The notes under the pieces are model-generated. The model saw only the letters and a program-made list of their open reading frames with translations. It was not told where the DNA came from and ran no database searches. A stretch of DNA of 63,785 bases, counting the filler, from Nemertoderma westbladi (taxonomy: Eukaryota; Animalia; Xenacoelomorpha), in the NCBI GenBank assembly GCA_032718475.1. It is 4 parts of 4 records of this genome, joined end to end, with 100 filler letters (N's around TTAATTAATTAA, not from the genome) between each part and the next. Parts side by side here need not be neighbours in the genome. Positions count along the whole stretch, not along the records: positions 23,626 to 44,183 come from JAUCBJ010007244.1; positions 44,284 to 54,331 come from JAUCBJ010005751.1; 2 more parts are not named here. One strand, 5' to 3'. Position 1 is the first letter of the stretch. Every line of letters begins with the position of its first letter. Positions 36,701 to 48,978 of this stretch are shown here, in pieces. Made by a program: the position numbers and the translations under genes.

Positions 36701-37738
36701 CCTAAAGCAGTCCAGAGAGAAGACACCGGAAAATAAGGTAAGTGAGAAACCCGTTTCTAGGAGAAAGGTAACACCAGAGTGTTATACAGACGACGGCGAA
36801 AGCCAGGCTTCTCAAGAGGAAGACAGCGGGAAAGACACTGAAAGATCTTACTATGTCAACAAAGCGCCTAAAGACGTAAGTAAATTTAAGTCTCGAACCA
36901 GCGACAGGAGAGAACAGGTAAGAAAAACTCCTCCTACGTCTCCTAAGAGAATTCATGGAAGAAAGCCCGAGGAAAGAACGAGTGTGCACAATGTTACCCA
37001 AGGTAAGGTAAGTAACATCAAACCAAAATGTGTGCTGTGCGACGGGCCCCACTGTTTAAGTGTGTGTGATGAATTCCTAAAGAAATCCCTAATAGATAGA
37101 CGTGAAGTCATGTGGAATAAGTGGTTGTGTTATAATTGCCTCAGACAAGGACACCAACGGCGAACCTGTTACTCCGACGCAAGGTGTGCTAAGTGCGGCG
37201 CGAAACATCATATCTTGTTGCACACTGAATTCGAAAGAAACAGCCCGAATCAGGTAAGTGAGTCCGAACTACATGTCCAATTCAGTGATGTGAAAGACAC
37301 TGACCAAAGTTCTGAGATGGAAGGATTCTATACGGATGAATTCTCCGACGAAAACGAATCCTGTTACCTAATAAATACCGCAGTGTATCGAGCACTTACG
37401 TATGAGAAGGAAACCGATAGTGAGCTCCCCCTAACTACTCCTGACCGACAACCATCTTGGAAAGCACCAACTTCCAATGTAGGAATCCGAGAATTTCCCG
37501 TAGTGCAGTTGAGAGTCCACGGGTCAGAAAAGAGCTATATTACACAGATTACCCTGGAGTGCAAATACTCATCGGCCAAAATGCGCATGAGGCGCTTGAG
37601 ACATTCGAGAAACGGCCTACTCAACCGCAACCACTACAAACCTATGCGGGAAGAACTAGAGTAGGTTGGTACTTTACTGGACCTTCCCGTAGAACTCTCA
37701 TGGAAAGGCTACCCAAAGACATGTGTGGCGCGGATTAA
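33726..37738 (+). mobile_element. BEL/Pao gag polyprotein (1206-aa ORF plus in-frame 5' extension); protease largely deleted, truncated before RT
   Basis: KFNGDEMKWLPF...EKLRFLIECLEG...LNIRYGN (DUF1759-like). Three knuckles CVLCDGPHCLSVC, CYNCLRQGHQRRTC, CAKCGAKHHILLH. Post-protease ILIGQNAH...YAGRTRVGWYFTGP. 33726..33968 is in frame with 34044 across a single TGA. Confidence 0.9.
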
Positions 37739-39254
37739 GGATCCTGGCGCGTAGTGACAGGGGCGTGTGGCGCGCATTGCTGCATTGATGATCCTGGCGG
37801 TCCTGGCGCGATTATGGATGTAGAGTTAGGGTAGGATGTAGCGTAGCGGTGCACTGGCATTGGCAATACATCCCACTCTACAGCTCTATTTGAAATTATT
37901 CCATACAGCCATAGGTTTAAAAAGATTGAAAAATTTCCGCTCGCGTTTATACTGTAAGCCTAGCCTACTCTGAGCACTCAAAGTTTTTCAATTGTCAGAT
38001 TCTTCAAACCAATATAACCATGACAGCATGATTCAGCAGAATTTCCGTGCTCGCCTGCTCGCTGCTCGCAATTTAATAACATCTGTATTTGAAAACAGTC
38101 GGTTTGCATTGTTTATGTACATAGCAAGCCAAATTCTAATATACAGTACCAATCAATATACTGTAATACAGTAATGCAGAAAATGGAAAATAAATTAATA
38201 GTTATTATTTGAAATGAAGAGATGGAAACAGAGTTAACTCTGACTGCTGGAAATTGCAGGATTGTTGTAAGGAAATAATTTTAAAATTGTTGATTATTGG
38301 CGGAAAATTTCTCTAGCCAGTAATATCCACTGGCGTTAGTGGTGTGGGGTTTGAAGGTTAATGTAAGCTATAAACTAACTCTATCGACTTGAGGCCATAT
38401 TGATCGATGTCCCTCTCTGTCTTTTCTCTTTGCGCTCTTGCTGGTGCTGGGTAGAGGTAGACATAAACAAAAGTATAGTATAGGAGAGAAATTCATCATA
38501 GATATGGTTGGTTACAATACAAGTAGATTTAGATATATTCCATTTCATGAAAGGATGTGTTAAAATGGGATTGTCTTCAGCAGGGCATGTTGATAAAATA
38601 ATTTGATGTAATTTCTGTAATGTAATTTTGCAAATCTCACCAAACAACCCCCCCCCCCCCCCTCCCCACATATTATCTTACATTCTTACTCCTACTTACT
38701 CAATATTTTCTCTGTTGCTCTTACCACTTTACTACCGAACTATCAACCCCCCAGCCCACATCCTTATCCCGCACTATTAATCTCCCATCCCCAATCCCTT
38801 CCCGCAGGGCCCAGTGCAAATTTAAGTTTAATTACCATGTTTTAGCGCCATGAATGTACAGTAGATAGTATACTATGCAGTACTGTAGAAGATAATTTCA
38901 GGTAAGAATATATGTGTACCTTAGGCGATCTTGTCATGATCGTGTTATGATCTTAGTAGATTGGCTTTGAATCATAGCAAGATCTGTGTAGATAAGCAAC
39001 TTTGTTGCTATTTCGCAAACACTTAACTATTAATTGACTCATGGGTTAGGAGATTATAGTAAATGCACCATGTGTAGAAAATAAATTAAAATACCTAAAA
39101 ATTGTCACTTACCGGTTCAAGTCTTTAACGATCTTGCCAAGATCATGTCATGATCTTGACAGAATTACAATGCATTAAGATCTTTGCAGGTATACCACGG
39201 TCATAGCATGATCATTCAAGATCTTTGCAGATTCATAAAGTTGCTAGTCTAGGG

Positions 39255-39692
39255 TAAGTTCTTTCGAGCCACAGTGGAAAGTGTATTTTTATACGGGGGT
39301 GAGACCTGGACACTGACTAAATCACTTGAACAACGAATTGATGGTTGCTACACAAGACTACTAAGGGCAGCCCTAAACATCAGCTGGAGACAACACATGA
39401 CGAACGCCGAGCTTTATGGTACAATACCACCTGTATCAACCACCCTCCGTGAACGCAGATTAAGATTCAGTGGGCACTGCTGGCGAAGTAAAGACGAGGT
39501 CGTACCAGATCTACTTCTCTGGCAACCAACTCATGGAAAGCGTAGTCGTGGACGACCTGCCATAACATATATAGATCAACTTGAAAGGGATACTGAACTT
39601 GGGAGAAACGAAATTGCGACAACTATGGAGAATCGGGAAGCCTGGAAGGATCTCATTTCCACTGTCCGAGTTCGCTCGACCTAGTAGTAGTA
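39255..39692 (+). mobile_element. RTE-clade LINE 3' end (second family)
   Basis: FFRATVESVFLYGGETW...RRLRFSGHCWR...RSRGRPAITY; (TAG)n tail after the stop codon. Confidence 0.85.
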
Positions 39693-39719
39693 TATGTCTT
39701 TGTAATAGTGTCTAAATTC

Positions 39720-41812
39720 TGCTATAATTTCGCTTCTGTACCTCGGCTTTCTCGAGCAGTATAATTTGTTTATTTGTTAGCAAGATTAAAATAATATTTA
39801 ATTGTTAGCGATTTGGAACCATTCATTGAATTGGCAAGCTTGGTTGATTCATGATACAAATTTTTGACGATGGTACACGACACTGTGTATTTTTACTTTA
39901 TCTTATTCTTATTTTAACCATACTTGTATCCGTGCAGTGCATTTCTAGCTAGGTTTATATGTTTTAAATCGATGCGGCTTCGTTCAATTAATTAATTATA
40001 GCGCCGGGGCGCTTCCCGGATTTTTAATTTAATAATTACAATGATCAAGTAAGTTAATAATATTGATTGCCTTGCGGAATAAAGAAAGTGATATAGAAGT
40101 CACCGTGCTCTCATCAAGGCTGTTCCAGAGTAAGATCCGAGGAACTGTGAAGTGGCTCTGCAAAATGTTATAGTTAGAACGCGGTAACACCAGTTTCTTG
40201 GAGTGACCTCTGATAGAACATAAATTTGAAAGAGTAAAGAAATTGCCTGCAATGTTGTTAAGGGTAACTATTTTGTACATTTCTGTTAAATCCATCTTAA
40301 TGCGACGAACTTCAAGGGGATCAGTCTTAAGGCGAAATAATCGTTGATGATAAGATAATTCTTTGTATAATTCTTTGCAGATATCGTGTAAAGTCCCTCT
40401 GCACTCGTTCAATCGCATCAATATCCTTGATTAGTGATGGGTTCCAGATTACAGCATTGACTCTAATATTGGCCTGGCAAATGTTTCGAAGAAGCCAAAT
40501 TGTAAATTTGCATCCCGGTGGCCAAAGGCTCTCCGTATCTGATAACATACTTGCCTGGCCTTACTGGCAATAATATACTTACATGTTCACTATACCTTAA
40601 ATCGCCGGATATTTCAACCCCCAGGTCTCTAGAGGAAGTCAACATAAAATTTATAATTTAAAATAAATAATATAAATTTAAAATGCAATTGCCATAATTC
40701 AGACCATAATTAAGAGTATCAATATCATGTTGCAGTTGACGAGAATCATCGATTAATAGAACAGCTCTATATAGTTTATTATCGTCAGCATAAAGTTTGA
40801 TTCCAGTATGAGTTGAAATACAATCGCAGATGTCATTAATGAAAATAACAAAAAGGAGTGGAGCAAGAACACTGCCCTGAGGCACTCCAATGGTCATCGG
40901 TATTGATGAGTACAATTTACCATTAATACTGACACGCTGTGATCTATCCGATGATAAATTCATAATCCAAGTCAAAAGAGCACCGCCAATACCGTAGCAT
41001 TGTAACTTCAGGAGCAGTTTCTGATGTGAAACTCTATCAAAAGCCCGTTTGAAGTCGGTATATACAATGTCGATTGGTTGACTTAAATTTCGAATATGAA
41101 CCCAGTCTGTGGAACATTCCAAAAGCTGTGAGAAGGTTGATTTGTTGCAAAGAAACCCGTGTTGGTTTTTGGTGATAGCATCGAAAGACAATAAGTAATC
41201 CATCATTTTGTTCCGTATAATAGACTCCATTAACTTAACTATGAGGGAAGTTAAAGATATAGCACGGTAGTTACTACCATTTGAACGAGATCCCGAGTTT
41301 TTGTATATAGGTACTACGTTTGCTTCACGCCAAATAGAGGGTACAATTCCAGTGTCGAAGGACTGTTGAAATAACCGACTTAAGCGAGCAGCCAAAACAA
41401 ACTTGAGCCTATTGAGCAATCTTGCATCAATGTTGTCTGGCCCACTGGCCTTACAGGGGTTCAGTAGTTTTAATACATTTAGAACATCATCATAGCTAAA
41501 AGTAATCTCTGTCAGGTTGAAACCAGCAGGGTTCCTGGGAGCCAGATTTGGTTTGTTTCCAATATCAGTTGTAAAGTTAGCAGCGAAAATGTTATTAAAC
41601 AAATTTGCTTTATCATCGTCTTTGGTAATTAACTTCCCATTATTATCTTTCATTGTAGGAATATTGGATCTACGCACCATATTACTTTTGGTGTAGGACC
41701 AAAGCTTCTTTCTGTTTTTCTGTCTGAGCACATTATTTTCGAACCTAAGTTTATTTGCAATGATACTGTCATGAAGTAGTTTATTAACAGACTCCAATTT
41801 ATCCCTCAGTAT
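39720..41812 (-). mobile_element. CR1-group LINE RT and 3' region, degenerate
   Basis: KASGPDNI, NYRAISLTS, NQHGF, DFKRAFDRVSH, GVPQGSVLAPLLF, YADD, DLGV, IERVQR, RGHSKKL. Confidence 0.9.
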
Positions 41813-41814
41813 TC

Positions 41815-42143
41815 GGGGAATCTCATTGATCTCGATTGCTGCAAAGCTATACAATAGAATTCTATTAAATCGATCAGGGATCGCATTGAGAGACTGCTCC
41901 GTGGAAATCAGAATGGGTTTCGTAAAGGTCGCCCGTAAATGGAGCCCATTATGGCACTTAGAAGGATAACTGAAGAGTTATCAAAAAAGAAAGACAGGCA
42001 TCTGGCTGTTATCTTTGTTGACTTCTTCAAGGCCTTTGATTCAGTCTCTCGCTCACGTATGTTCAGCATACTTTCATTATATGGGATTCCTGATGAAATT
42101 ATTGCAGCAATCAGATCAGTATACGATGGTTCGACAACATTTG
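41815..42143 (+). mobile_element. RTE-clade RT fragment (same family as 2320..2842)
   Basis: RGISLISIAAKLYNRILL...FVDFFKAFDSVSR...YGIPDEII. Confidence 0.85.
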
Positions 42144-44183
42144 TGTATGGAGGTCACGACTAACTGTGGAGCCGGAATAATGTCGGGCGTATAACATACA
42201 GGTAGTGACCACACAAGTACAAACAACAACAATGCTGTGCTGGGCCGTCTGTCTGGCAGTGCGCCCTATGACTGGAGACCTAACTGTACTGATTACAGGA
42301 CTAGCTAACTGCTGTCTATCGGTCGGTGGTATCCTGAGTCTGTGTCAGGGCGTAGTCTCTGAATCCTGGTGAGTCATCCCTACAGTACCGCAGTCCCTGA
42401 GTATCTGCTGGCATATGGGGCGAGCCATGTAGTGTGGCGAGTTTGTATCACTACACCCCCCTTCTAGTTCGTTGCGGGGTCAACGAACTCTCAGAATCTG
42501 TTGGGGGGACGCCTCACGCGGGAGGGGTAGGCTCTACGAGGCCGATCGGGCTGTTGAGTGGGGGGAGTGTCAGCCCAGTGTACGCGCTTCGGTGGCGTTG
42601 CAGGTGATCTTGGGCCGTTGCCCCTCGGTATCCCGATGGCTGTTGGTGTGAGTGGGGTGCACTCTCGTGTGCCGGTAGCGGCGGTGTCCCGGATGAGGTG
42701 GCGGCGGTTCCGGGTGAGGCATCGACCGGAAGGGGTACGTACGGTGTACTTCCGGTTGGGTCTTGTTTCCGTGACAATCCCAGTGCGGTCCCATCGCTTC
42801 GAGACTGGGTTTTGAATTTGGACCGGGTCCCCTACAGCGAATGGAATAAGGGGTTTGGCTCCGCGATTGTAGGCAGCCATCTGGGTGCCGTGGAGCGAGG
42901 GCAGTGCCTCGTCGAGCTCCGCGCGGGTCAGTTGGTGTTCCTGGAGGAAAGCGCGGCTGTGCATTGGCACTCGCGACCGTATGGGGTGCCCAAAGAGAAT
43001 CTGGGCCGGCGACATTCCATGGGCGCGGGGGGAATTTCTGAGTTCTAGGAGTCCTTCCTGGAAAGCATCGGAGTTCATTTTCCCCCCGGTCTTGGTGAGC
43101 AACGCCTTGAGTGCCTTCACGGCAGACTCTGCGTGGCCATTGCTCTGGGGATATTCGGGAGATGATACGACGGGATCGACCCCCCAGACCTGGAGGAAGT
43201 CGGTAAAATTCTTTCCAGCGAATTGTGGACCGCCGTCGGAAGCGAAACGTAAGGGGGCGCCAAAACGCGTAAATACATCCCTCGCATGCGTAGCGGTAGA
43301 AGCAGAGGTTGGGGGATTCCCGTATTTGTAGACTTCGGGCCAACCGGAGTAACGATCCGCGATGGCGAGGAAGTTGTGACCGTCGAGTGCGAAGAGATCT
43401 CCGGAGATTTCCTCGAATGGTCTTGTGGCCTCGCGCTCCCGTAGCATGGGTTCCTTCGCGAGGCTGGGGCGTCGAGTGAGGCAGGGCTCACAGGACTCGA
43501 CGGTGGTCCGAACGTTGTTTGTCAGTCCGGGCCAGTACACTGTCTGGCGGGCGCGACGTAGCGTCTTCTCGACTCCTTGGTGTGCGGCGTGGAGGCGCGC
43601 TAGAGTGTCCCGGCGGGAGGCCCGCGGGACTACAATCCGTTGTCCGTAGAGGACGAGGTCGCGGTCGGATGAAAGTTCATCGCGTAACGACCAAAAGGGT
43701 TGGACACCAGGGAGTTGGCGGGACGGCGGCGGGAATCCGGTGCGAACGGCGCCGAGGAGGTCGACGTAATCGGAGTCGGCCCGAGCCGTTGCAGCCAAAG
43801 ATTGGAGGAGTAGATCGGGGTGGTCGTCATCCGGATCGAGTTTGTCCCCCACAATTGTTGCAGCCACCTGTGACGTTACAGCACATAGGTAGTGGCCCAT
43901 GTCTCCGTCGTCAACAAGATCATCGTCGGATGGGTCGTCGACAGGGGAGCGGGACAGAGCATCGGGAATGCGGTGATCCTTTCCTCTCCTCCAGATGGTA
44001 GTAAATACAAAGGAGGAGAGTTTCGACTTGAGTCGCTGGATCCGTGAGTTGTCGTTGGCATCCAGCGTCTGGCGGTCGAGGATGGACACCAGGGGCTGGT
44101 GGTCTACCACCAGCGTGAAATGTGGGAGTCCCACGAGGTAGAGACGGCACTTGTGGGCGGCCCACGCAACAGCGAGGAGCTCC
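42144..44183 (-). mobile_element. Gypsy/Ty3 3' half: RNase H end, integrase, PPT and 3' LTR (about 42144..42455)
   Basis: 547-aa ORF 42491..44134 with the HHCC motif (LHAAHQG...CEPC) and DDE triad (GDLF...SDGGPQF...NGHAESAVK). PPT AGAAGGGGGG is followed by TGTAGTG. Confidence 0.92.
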
Positions 44184-44283
44184 NNNNNNNNNNNNNNNNN
44201 NNNNNNNNNNNNNNNNNNNNNNNNNNNTTAATTAATTAANNNNNNNNNNNNNNNNNNNNNNNNNNNNNNNNNNNNNNNNNNNN
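44184..44283. other. Artificial contig spacer
   Basis: N44-TTAATTAATTAA-N44. Confidence 0.97.
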
Positions 44284-45109
44284 CAAAACCGTCAACATGG
44301 GCTTCAGTAAGAGAAACGCCATCCATCGATTCTTTGAGAAAACTAATATGGGCTTTATCATTCAAGTAATGCAACTCAATAGAATTTCCGCCGGCACCTA
44401 CTTCAGTAGAATTATCGGTGTTGGTGATAATAATTTTTTTATTATTGGTTTTAAGCATTTTGAGCCAGTCTGATAATTGAATGATATTTTTATCAAAAAG
44501 ATGCTTGTCTGTTTCATCGACTTGGTTGTCCCACTCTCGCAACAAAACGGTTAGTTCCTGTTTTGACAAATTGAAACCCGTATAATAGTTAAAACCAACA
44601 CTATCAGTGTATCTGAGGCTGATTTTCCATAAGCCAACATAGTTGGTTCCTTTAAAAGCTGTTACAAATCCAATAAACTCTGGATTTGATAATTCAATGT
44701 AGAATTGATCGCTAATAATCTCTAGCGGTGGAGAGAGAAATTGCAATAATTTCCCTCTGTATTGAATTAGAACTTCAGTAAAAGCTTTGTTGAGAACTTT
44801 ACATTTGCCTTGTTTCTGAACGTAAACATCACCCGATGTGGGGTTGATGGAAATATTCAAATTTCCCCGCGCAAAACGAAGAGTTGGATATATCCTACCT
44901 GGTATAATTGCTGGTCTGGATTGATGTTGGTTGTTGTTGGTTGTTTCTAGAATGTCTAACAAATAGCGGGTATCTTGATGGGAAAAACAAATTGATTCGT
45001 TGTCCTCCTGAGATTCCACAATAAAATACTTGTGAATGATGGTACAAGTATATTTATTGTAAGTAAATTTCCAGCTATTTGTTGCTCCGGTTTTTTGCGT
45101 TAAGGCCAT
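44284..45109 (-). CDS. Putative PC4/Sub1-like ssDNA-binding domain protein, 3'-truncated by the contig end
   Basis: FVTAFKGTNYVGLWK...TGFNLSKQELTVL resembles the PC4 pattern V..FKG...IDIR...GISL..EQW..L. Intronless and AT-rich. Confidence 0.45.
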
Positions 45110-45189
45110 AATAATAATAATAATAAATACGAAAAATATTACAAGTGATAAATTTTAAACCGTATCGCTGTAATAAATTGACACCATAG

Positions 45190-45472
45190 TTCTCACTCTA
45201 AAATTGTGTTAAACGTAATTATTTAACTCACTTGAAATCACATTTTCAAGAATTTAATTGTTTTAATTGTCACATGAAATCTTCATGTGAAGAAAATTGG
45301 AAACAATAATAATATTCTTGAAAATGCGATTTCTTGTGAGTTAAATAATTACGTTTAGAAACCCAATGTGAGAAACAGTATCATTTATTTGAGTGTTTCC
45401 GACTAACGAATATACAACAAGTAAGATAATGAAGAAATTATTAAGGAAATAACACAATTTCAGAGTGAGAAC
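45190..45472. repeat. Long imperfect palindrome (core 45211..45356) with outer 22-bp arms
   Basis: AAACGTAATTATTTAACTCAC...TCACATGAA-ATC-TTCATGTGA...GTGAGTTAAATAATTACGTTT; outer arms GTTCTCACTCT(A/G)AAATTGTGTT. Confidence 0.85.
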
Positions 45473-46289
45473 AAAAAAATTAGCATATTCAATATATTAC
45501 CATGAAGATTACAAGTGATGAATTTTATTAAAAACATTCAGTTATATATAAATTTGCGATGTGGCATAGTCAACGAAGAAGAGATGGGACGTGTCATAAT
45601 CATCGACGAATAAGAAAAGAGATGGGGTGCAATGTGGATGAATGGTTGGTTGGTTACGTGGATAGGAAATACGTGAAAGAATATGAATCATAGGGTTGTG
45701 TGTGTAATAATCAATAATTATTATTATAAAAACGCACAGTATAATGTTAGTGGTAGCCTTTCAATATGGCACAGATGCTGTGGGATCGGTTAGGTTGAGT
45801 AACTATGGAAATGTTCGTATACGTGTAGCTGGAACGTGGCGGAATTTCATGTATCATACTGCTGGACTGGTAGGCTGGTTGGTTGGTTGGTTTGGCGACG
45901 GCCGTCGAAGAGTAGCACTAGCTAGCGGTGGGTAAATCGTTGAGTTGGCAATCGATATAATATTGGGTGGGGTATATGTGTGGTGGTGCGTGTAGATGGC
46001 CACATCGTCGTTAGTAGTGTCAAGAGCATTCAGTCGGTCGGTCCATCGGTCGGTCGGTCAGTCGGTCGATTGAGGTTAGGCTACGCGTAGGTGAATACGC
46101 AACGATTGGTTGAAGGCAAGGCAACGACGCGAATCAATACTGTTGGTGACAGATGGTCATTAATCACTGCAATTTAGCACCGGAATTTGGCATTTTTAAT
46201 AGCCCTCCGAGATCTAGCCCAAGCTAGGGAGGAGTACGCCCAGGTCTATGTTTCTCCTACTACTGATGGTGCAATGCTTCCCAAGATCT

Positions 46290-47382
46290 CAGAAATCGTT
46301 TTTAGACATTCTTCGATAGAATCAATGGTATTCAGTACCCCAATGTGTTTCATTAACAGTGATGGTTGTGGTAGTGAAAGCGTCTCACATAAACCTTTAT
46401 AAGCACTCGGACTTCGGAAAATTGGGATAGGGCAAAGTGTATGGTTTGAGCAAAATAACGCGTACCATACTTGGAAGTTTGGCTCATCTGTATCTGTTCT
46501 GTTAGAAATTGAAGATTCGTTTCTCCTTCCCTTTGATTTTCTTCCTTTTCTTTCCCTTTCTCATTCAATTTCCTACAAACCCCACTGACCACATCCTCTA
46601 TATCATTGGTAGATGAGTAGTTTTCACACCTAATGATAATTTCTTCCAGTTGTGACCATTGACTGAGTACTCCACCAAATGTTACATCTCGTGTTACAAC
46701 AGGTGAGGTGACACGGAACCTGTCAACAATGTCGATTGAATATACAATGTTCGGACTATCCAACAGACCAAATTTCAACTTTATGATGGAGACACCACAT
46801 GTATGTGGCACAATCGTTAAACCGAGTTCATTAACAAGTCCTCTATCTGACAGATCTTTTGTCAAACTTGTGAGATCAGGTGATATTTTATCTAACTGAA
46901 TGAATTCCGCTAGTTCATCTCCCTGTTGATTTCGGTTACTCGACGCTTATTAACTTCTCTTGATGATGATGAAGTTTGTCTGCTGTTTATATCAGTTCCG
47001 AATACTGATGGAGCCTCCAGTGGTCGTTCATACCTTTTTATCTTGATCATCTCAGCGTTTTCTGGCCAATGTCGCGCACATACTCCAATATTTGGCGTTA
47101 CTATTCTATTCTATTTGGTATATTCTCCAACCAATGATGTTGGTCTATTAAGTTTTTTGGGAACTGGTAAACTGTTACCTTCCTTATCTTCTTGCGAGGC
47201 ATAATTTCCTTTACAGCCTGCCACAGAGCATTTGCATGGCATCCATAATGTGATGATTTGCAGAGATTATCATCTGTCTGTTATATTTTTATCATGTACT
47301 GTATGTTCGAACTAATTGACTGATAAATTATGAGATCTACTAACCTATGGAATACTAAATATACATGTATATTTAGTCCATG
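46290..47382 (-). mobile_element. P-element/THAP9-like transposon 5' remnant
   Basis: ATG at 47242 gives MPCKCSVAGCKGNY...GVCARHW...APSVF (THAP C2CH). Later FLTEQI...RY....FAL...SAYKGL.ETLSLPQPSLL. P-like terminus CATGGACTAAATATA at 47382. Confidence 0.75.
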
Positions 47383-47604
47383 ACTCACCTAATGCTACTT
47401 ATAGATCATTTCTATTCAAATGTTAAAAATATTATAATCTAAAAATATTTCAATAATAAAAAAAAATACGTTTTAAAAAAGTAGCAACAACTAGCTAGTA
47501 TGTACAAGATCTTTTAACTTGATGAAACAAGTTCTAGAATAAAAAGTAAAGACTTTTAAGACTTTTTTTTCTTAAGATAAAAAGTTTGACTCTTCAGGGT
47601 AACT

Positions 47605-47923
47605 CAAGGACCTCTAGAACATAGTATATATTCAGGACGCGATGCTCGCATACAGTGTTATTTTTTTTAGAGGCCGGTATTCATTATCTTAGTTTCTTAG
47701 TTTATAGATATAGTGTAGCTAAATAAAAGAAATGCAGTTGCAATACTACAGTATTGGCGAAAATTATACTACAATACCATGACAAAAATTACTAATACAA
47801 AAACTAGCTATAGTAGCAAAAATTCGTTTAGGGGGTACACACACACAATTAACAGTATCGCTTATTACATAGTAAACAGAAACACAGTGTAAATTAATAT
47901 ATACTATGTTCTAGAAGTCCTTG
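47605..47923. mobile_element. MITE with CAAGG termini (P-like)
   Basis: 28-bp inverted repeats CAAGGAC(C/T)TCTAGAACATAGTATATATT with 1 mismatch; no TSD seen. Confidence 0.6.
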
Positions 47924-48795
47924 CTTTATGAGATTCCTACCAGTAACTGGATGTCAGGTACGATATGATTGACATTACTACCATTGATACCACGGTTTGC
48001 CCCAAAAAACCTAAATTAACCAAAATCACACCAAATCTTAATTATTCTTCTAACAGCAACGCGGGCTATCTAGAGATTGTGTCTATCTTAGATCAATGAA
48101 GCAGATAGAGACCATTGAAGGGCATCTTAAGCATGCAAAAGAAAATATGATCAGTCCCAAATCATGAAGTCAGACCTGATCTTTTGCTGATCAAATACCG
48201 GTAGGTTAACTTGCCGATATGCAGTAACATTTTACGGTACATGATACAATATTTGTAATATAATGGAAATAAATAAATTTGATTGATTGATTGATTGATT
48301 GGAACAATTTGATGCGAAAATGTTTTGGCCAGTACTCTGAAGCTTCCATTGGGGTCCCAGGTCACTCGCGTACCGTGGTCACTGTATCTGGCACCTGATT
48401 GGCTAAAATTTTCAAACGCTGAAAGCATACCTAGGCCTTGACAATTTGTGGTATGATTTTATGCGAATATTATGTTTTGGATGGTGTTCTGAATCTCGCG
48501 TTGAGGTCCCAAGTCACCCCCATACCGTGGTCACCAGATACGGCCTGTGATTGGCAAATTCTTTGAACGATATCTCGAGTTTGCTTCACATTGGGATGAA
48601 GTTCGAAGGCTAGGAATATTCTAACTCACTGATGATGTTTTATAGCCGTTGGATTGCCGGGTTTTGCTACGTGGTCTATGATTGGTTGTTTTTTGAAAGG
48701 CTATATCTCAAGAAGTATTCACTTAGGAAGGATGAAGTCTAATTTAATATGTTCTCTGGTGGAGTGTTTCCAATCCCACTAAAGACATCCAATTG

Positions 48796-48978
48796 CTGTG
48801 TGACTACCGGTTTAACGCTTTCTGTGTGACTACCGGTTTAACGCTTTCTGTGTGACTACCGGTTTAACGCTTTCTGTGTGACTACCGGTTTAACGCTTTC
48901 TGTGTGACTACCGGTTTCACGCTTTCTGTGTGACTACCGGTTTCACGCTTTCTGTGTGACTACCGGTTTCACGCTTTC
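48796..48978. repeat. 26-bp tandem repeat, 7 copies
   Basis: CTGTGTGACTACCGGTTT(A/C)ACGCTTT; the first 4 copies have A, the last 3 have C. Confidence 0.95.

Noticed and set aside
29748-37738. Single intact element with this 5' LTR and the gag
   Set aside because: No TGG PBS follows 30941 and no partner LTR is seen, so the linkage is unproven.
42514-44165. Overlapping alternative-frame ORFs in the Gypsy integrase
   Set aside because: Expected in GC-rich coding DNA; no recognisable motifs.
48796-48978. CRISPR-like 26-bp repeats
   Set aside because: The units are head-to-tail with no spacers, there are no cas genes, and the context is eukaryotic.
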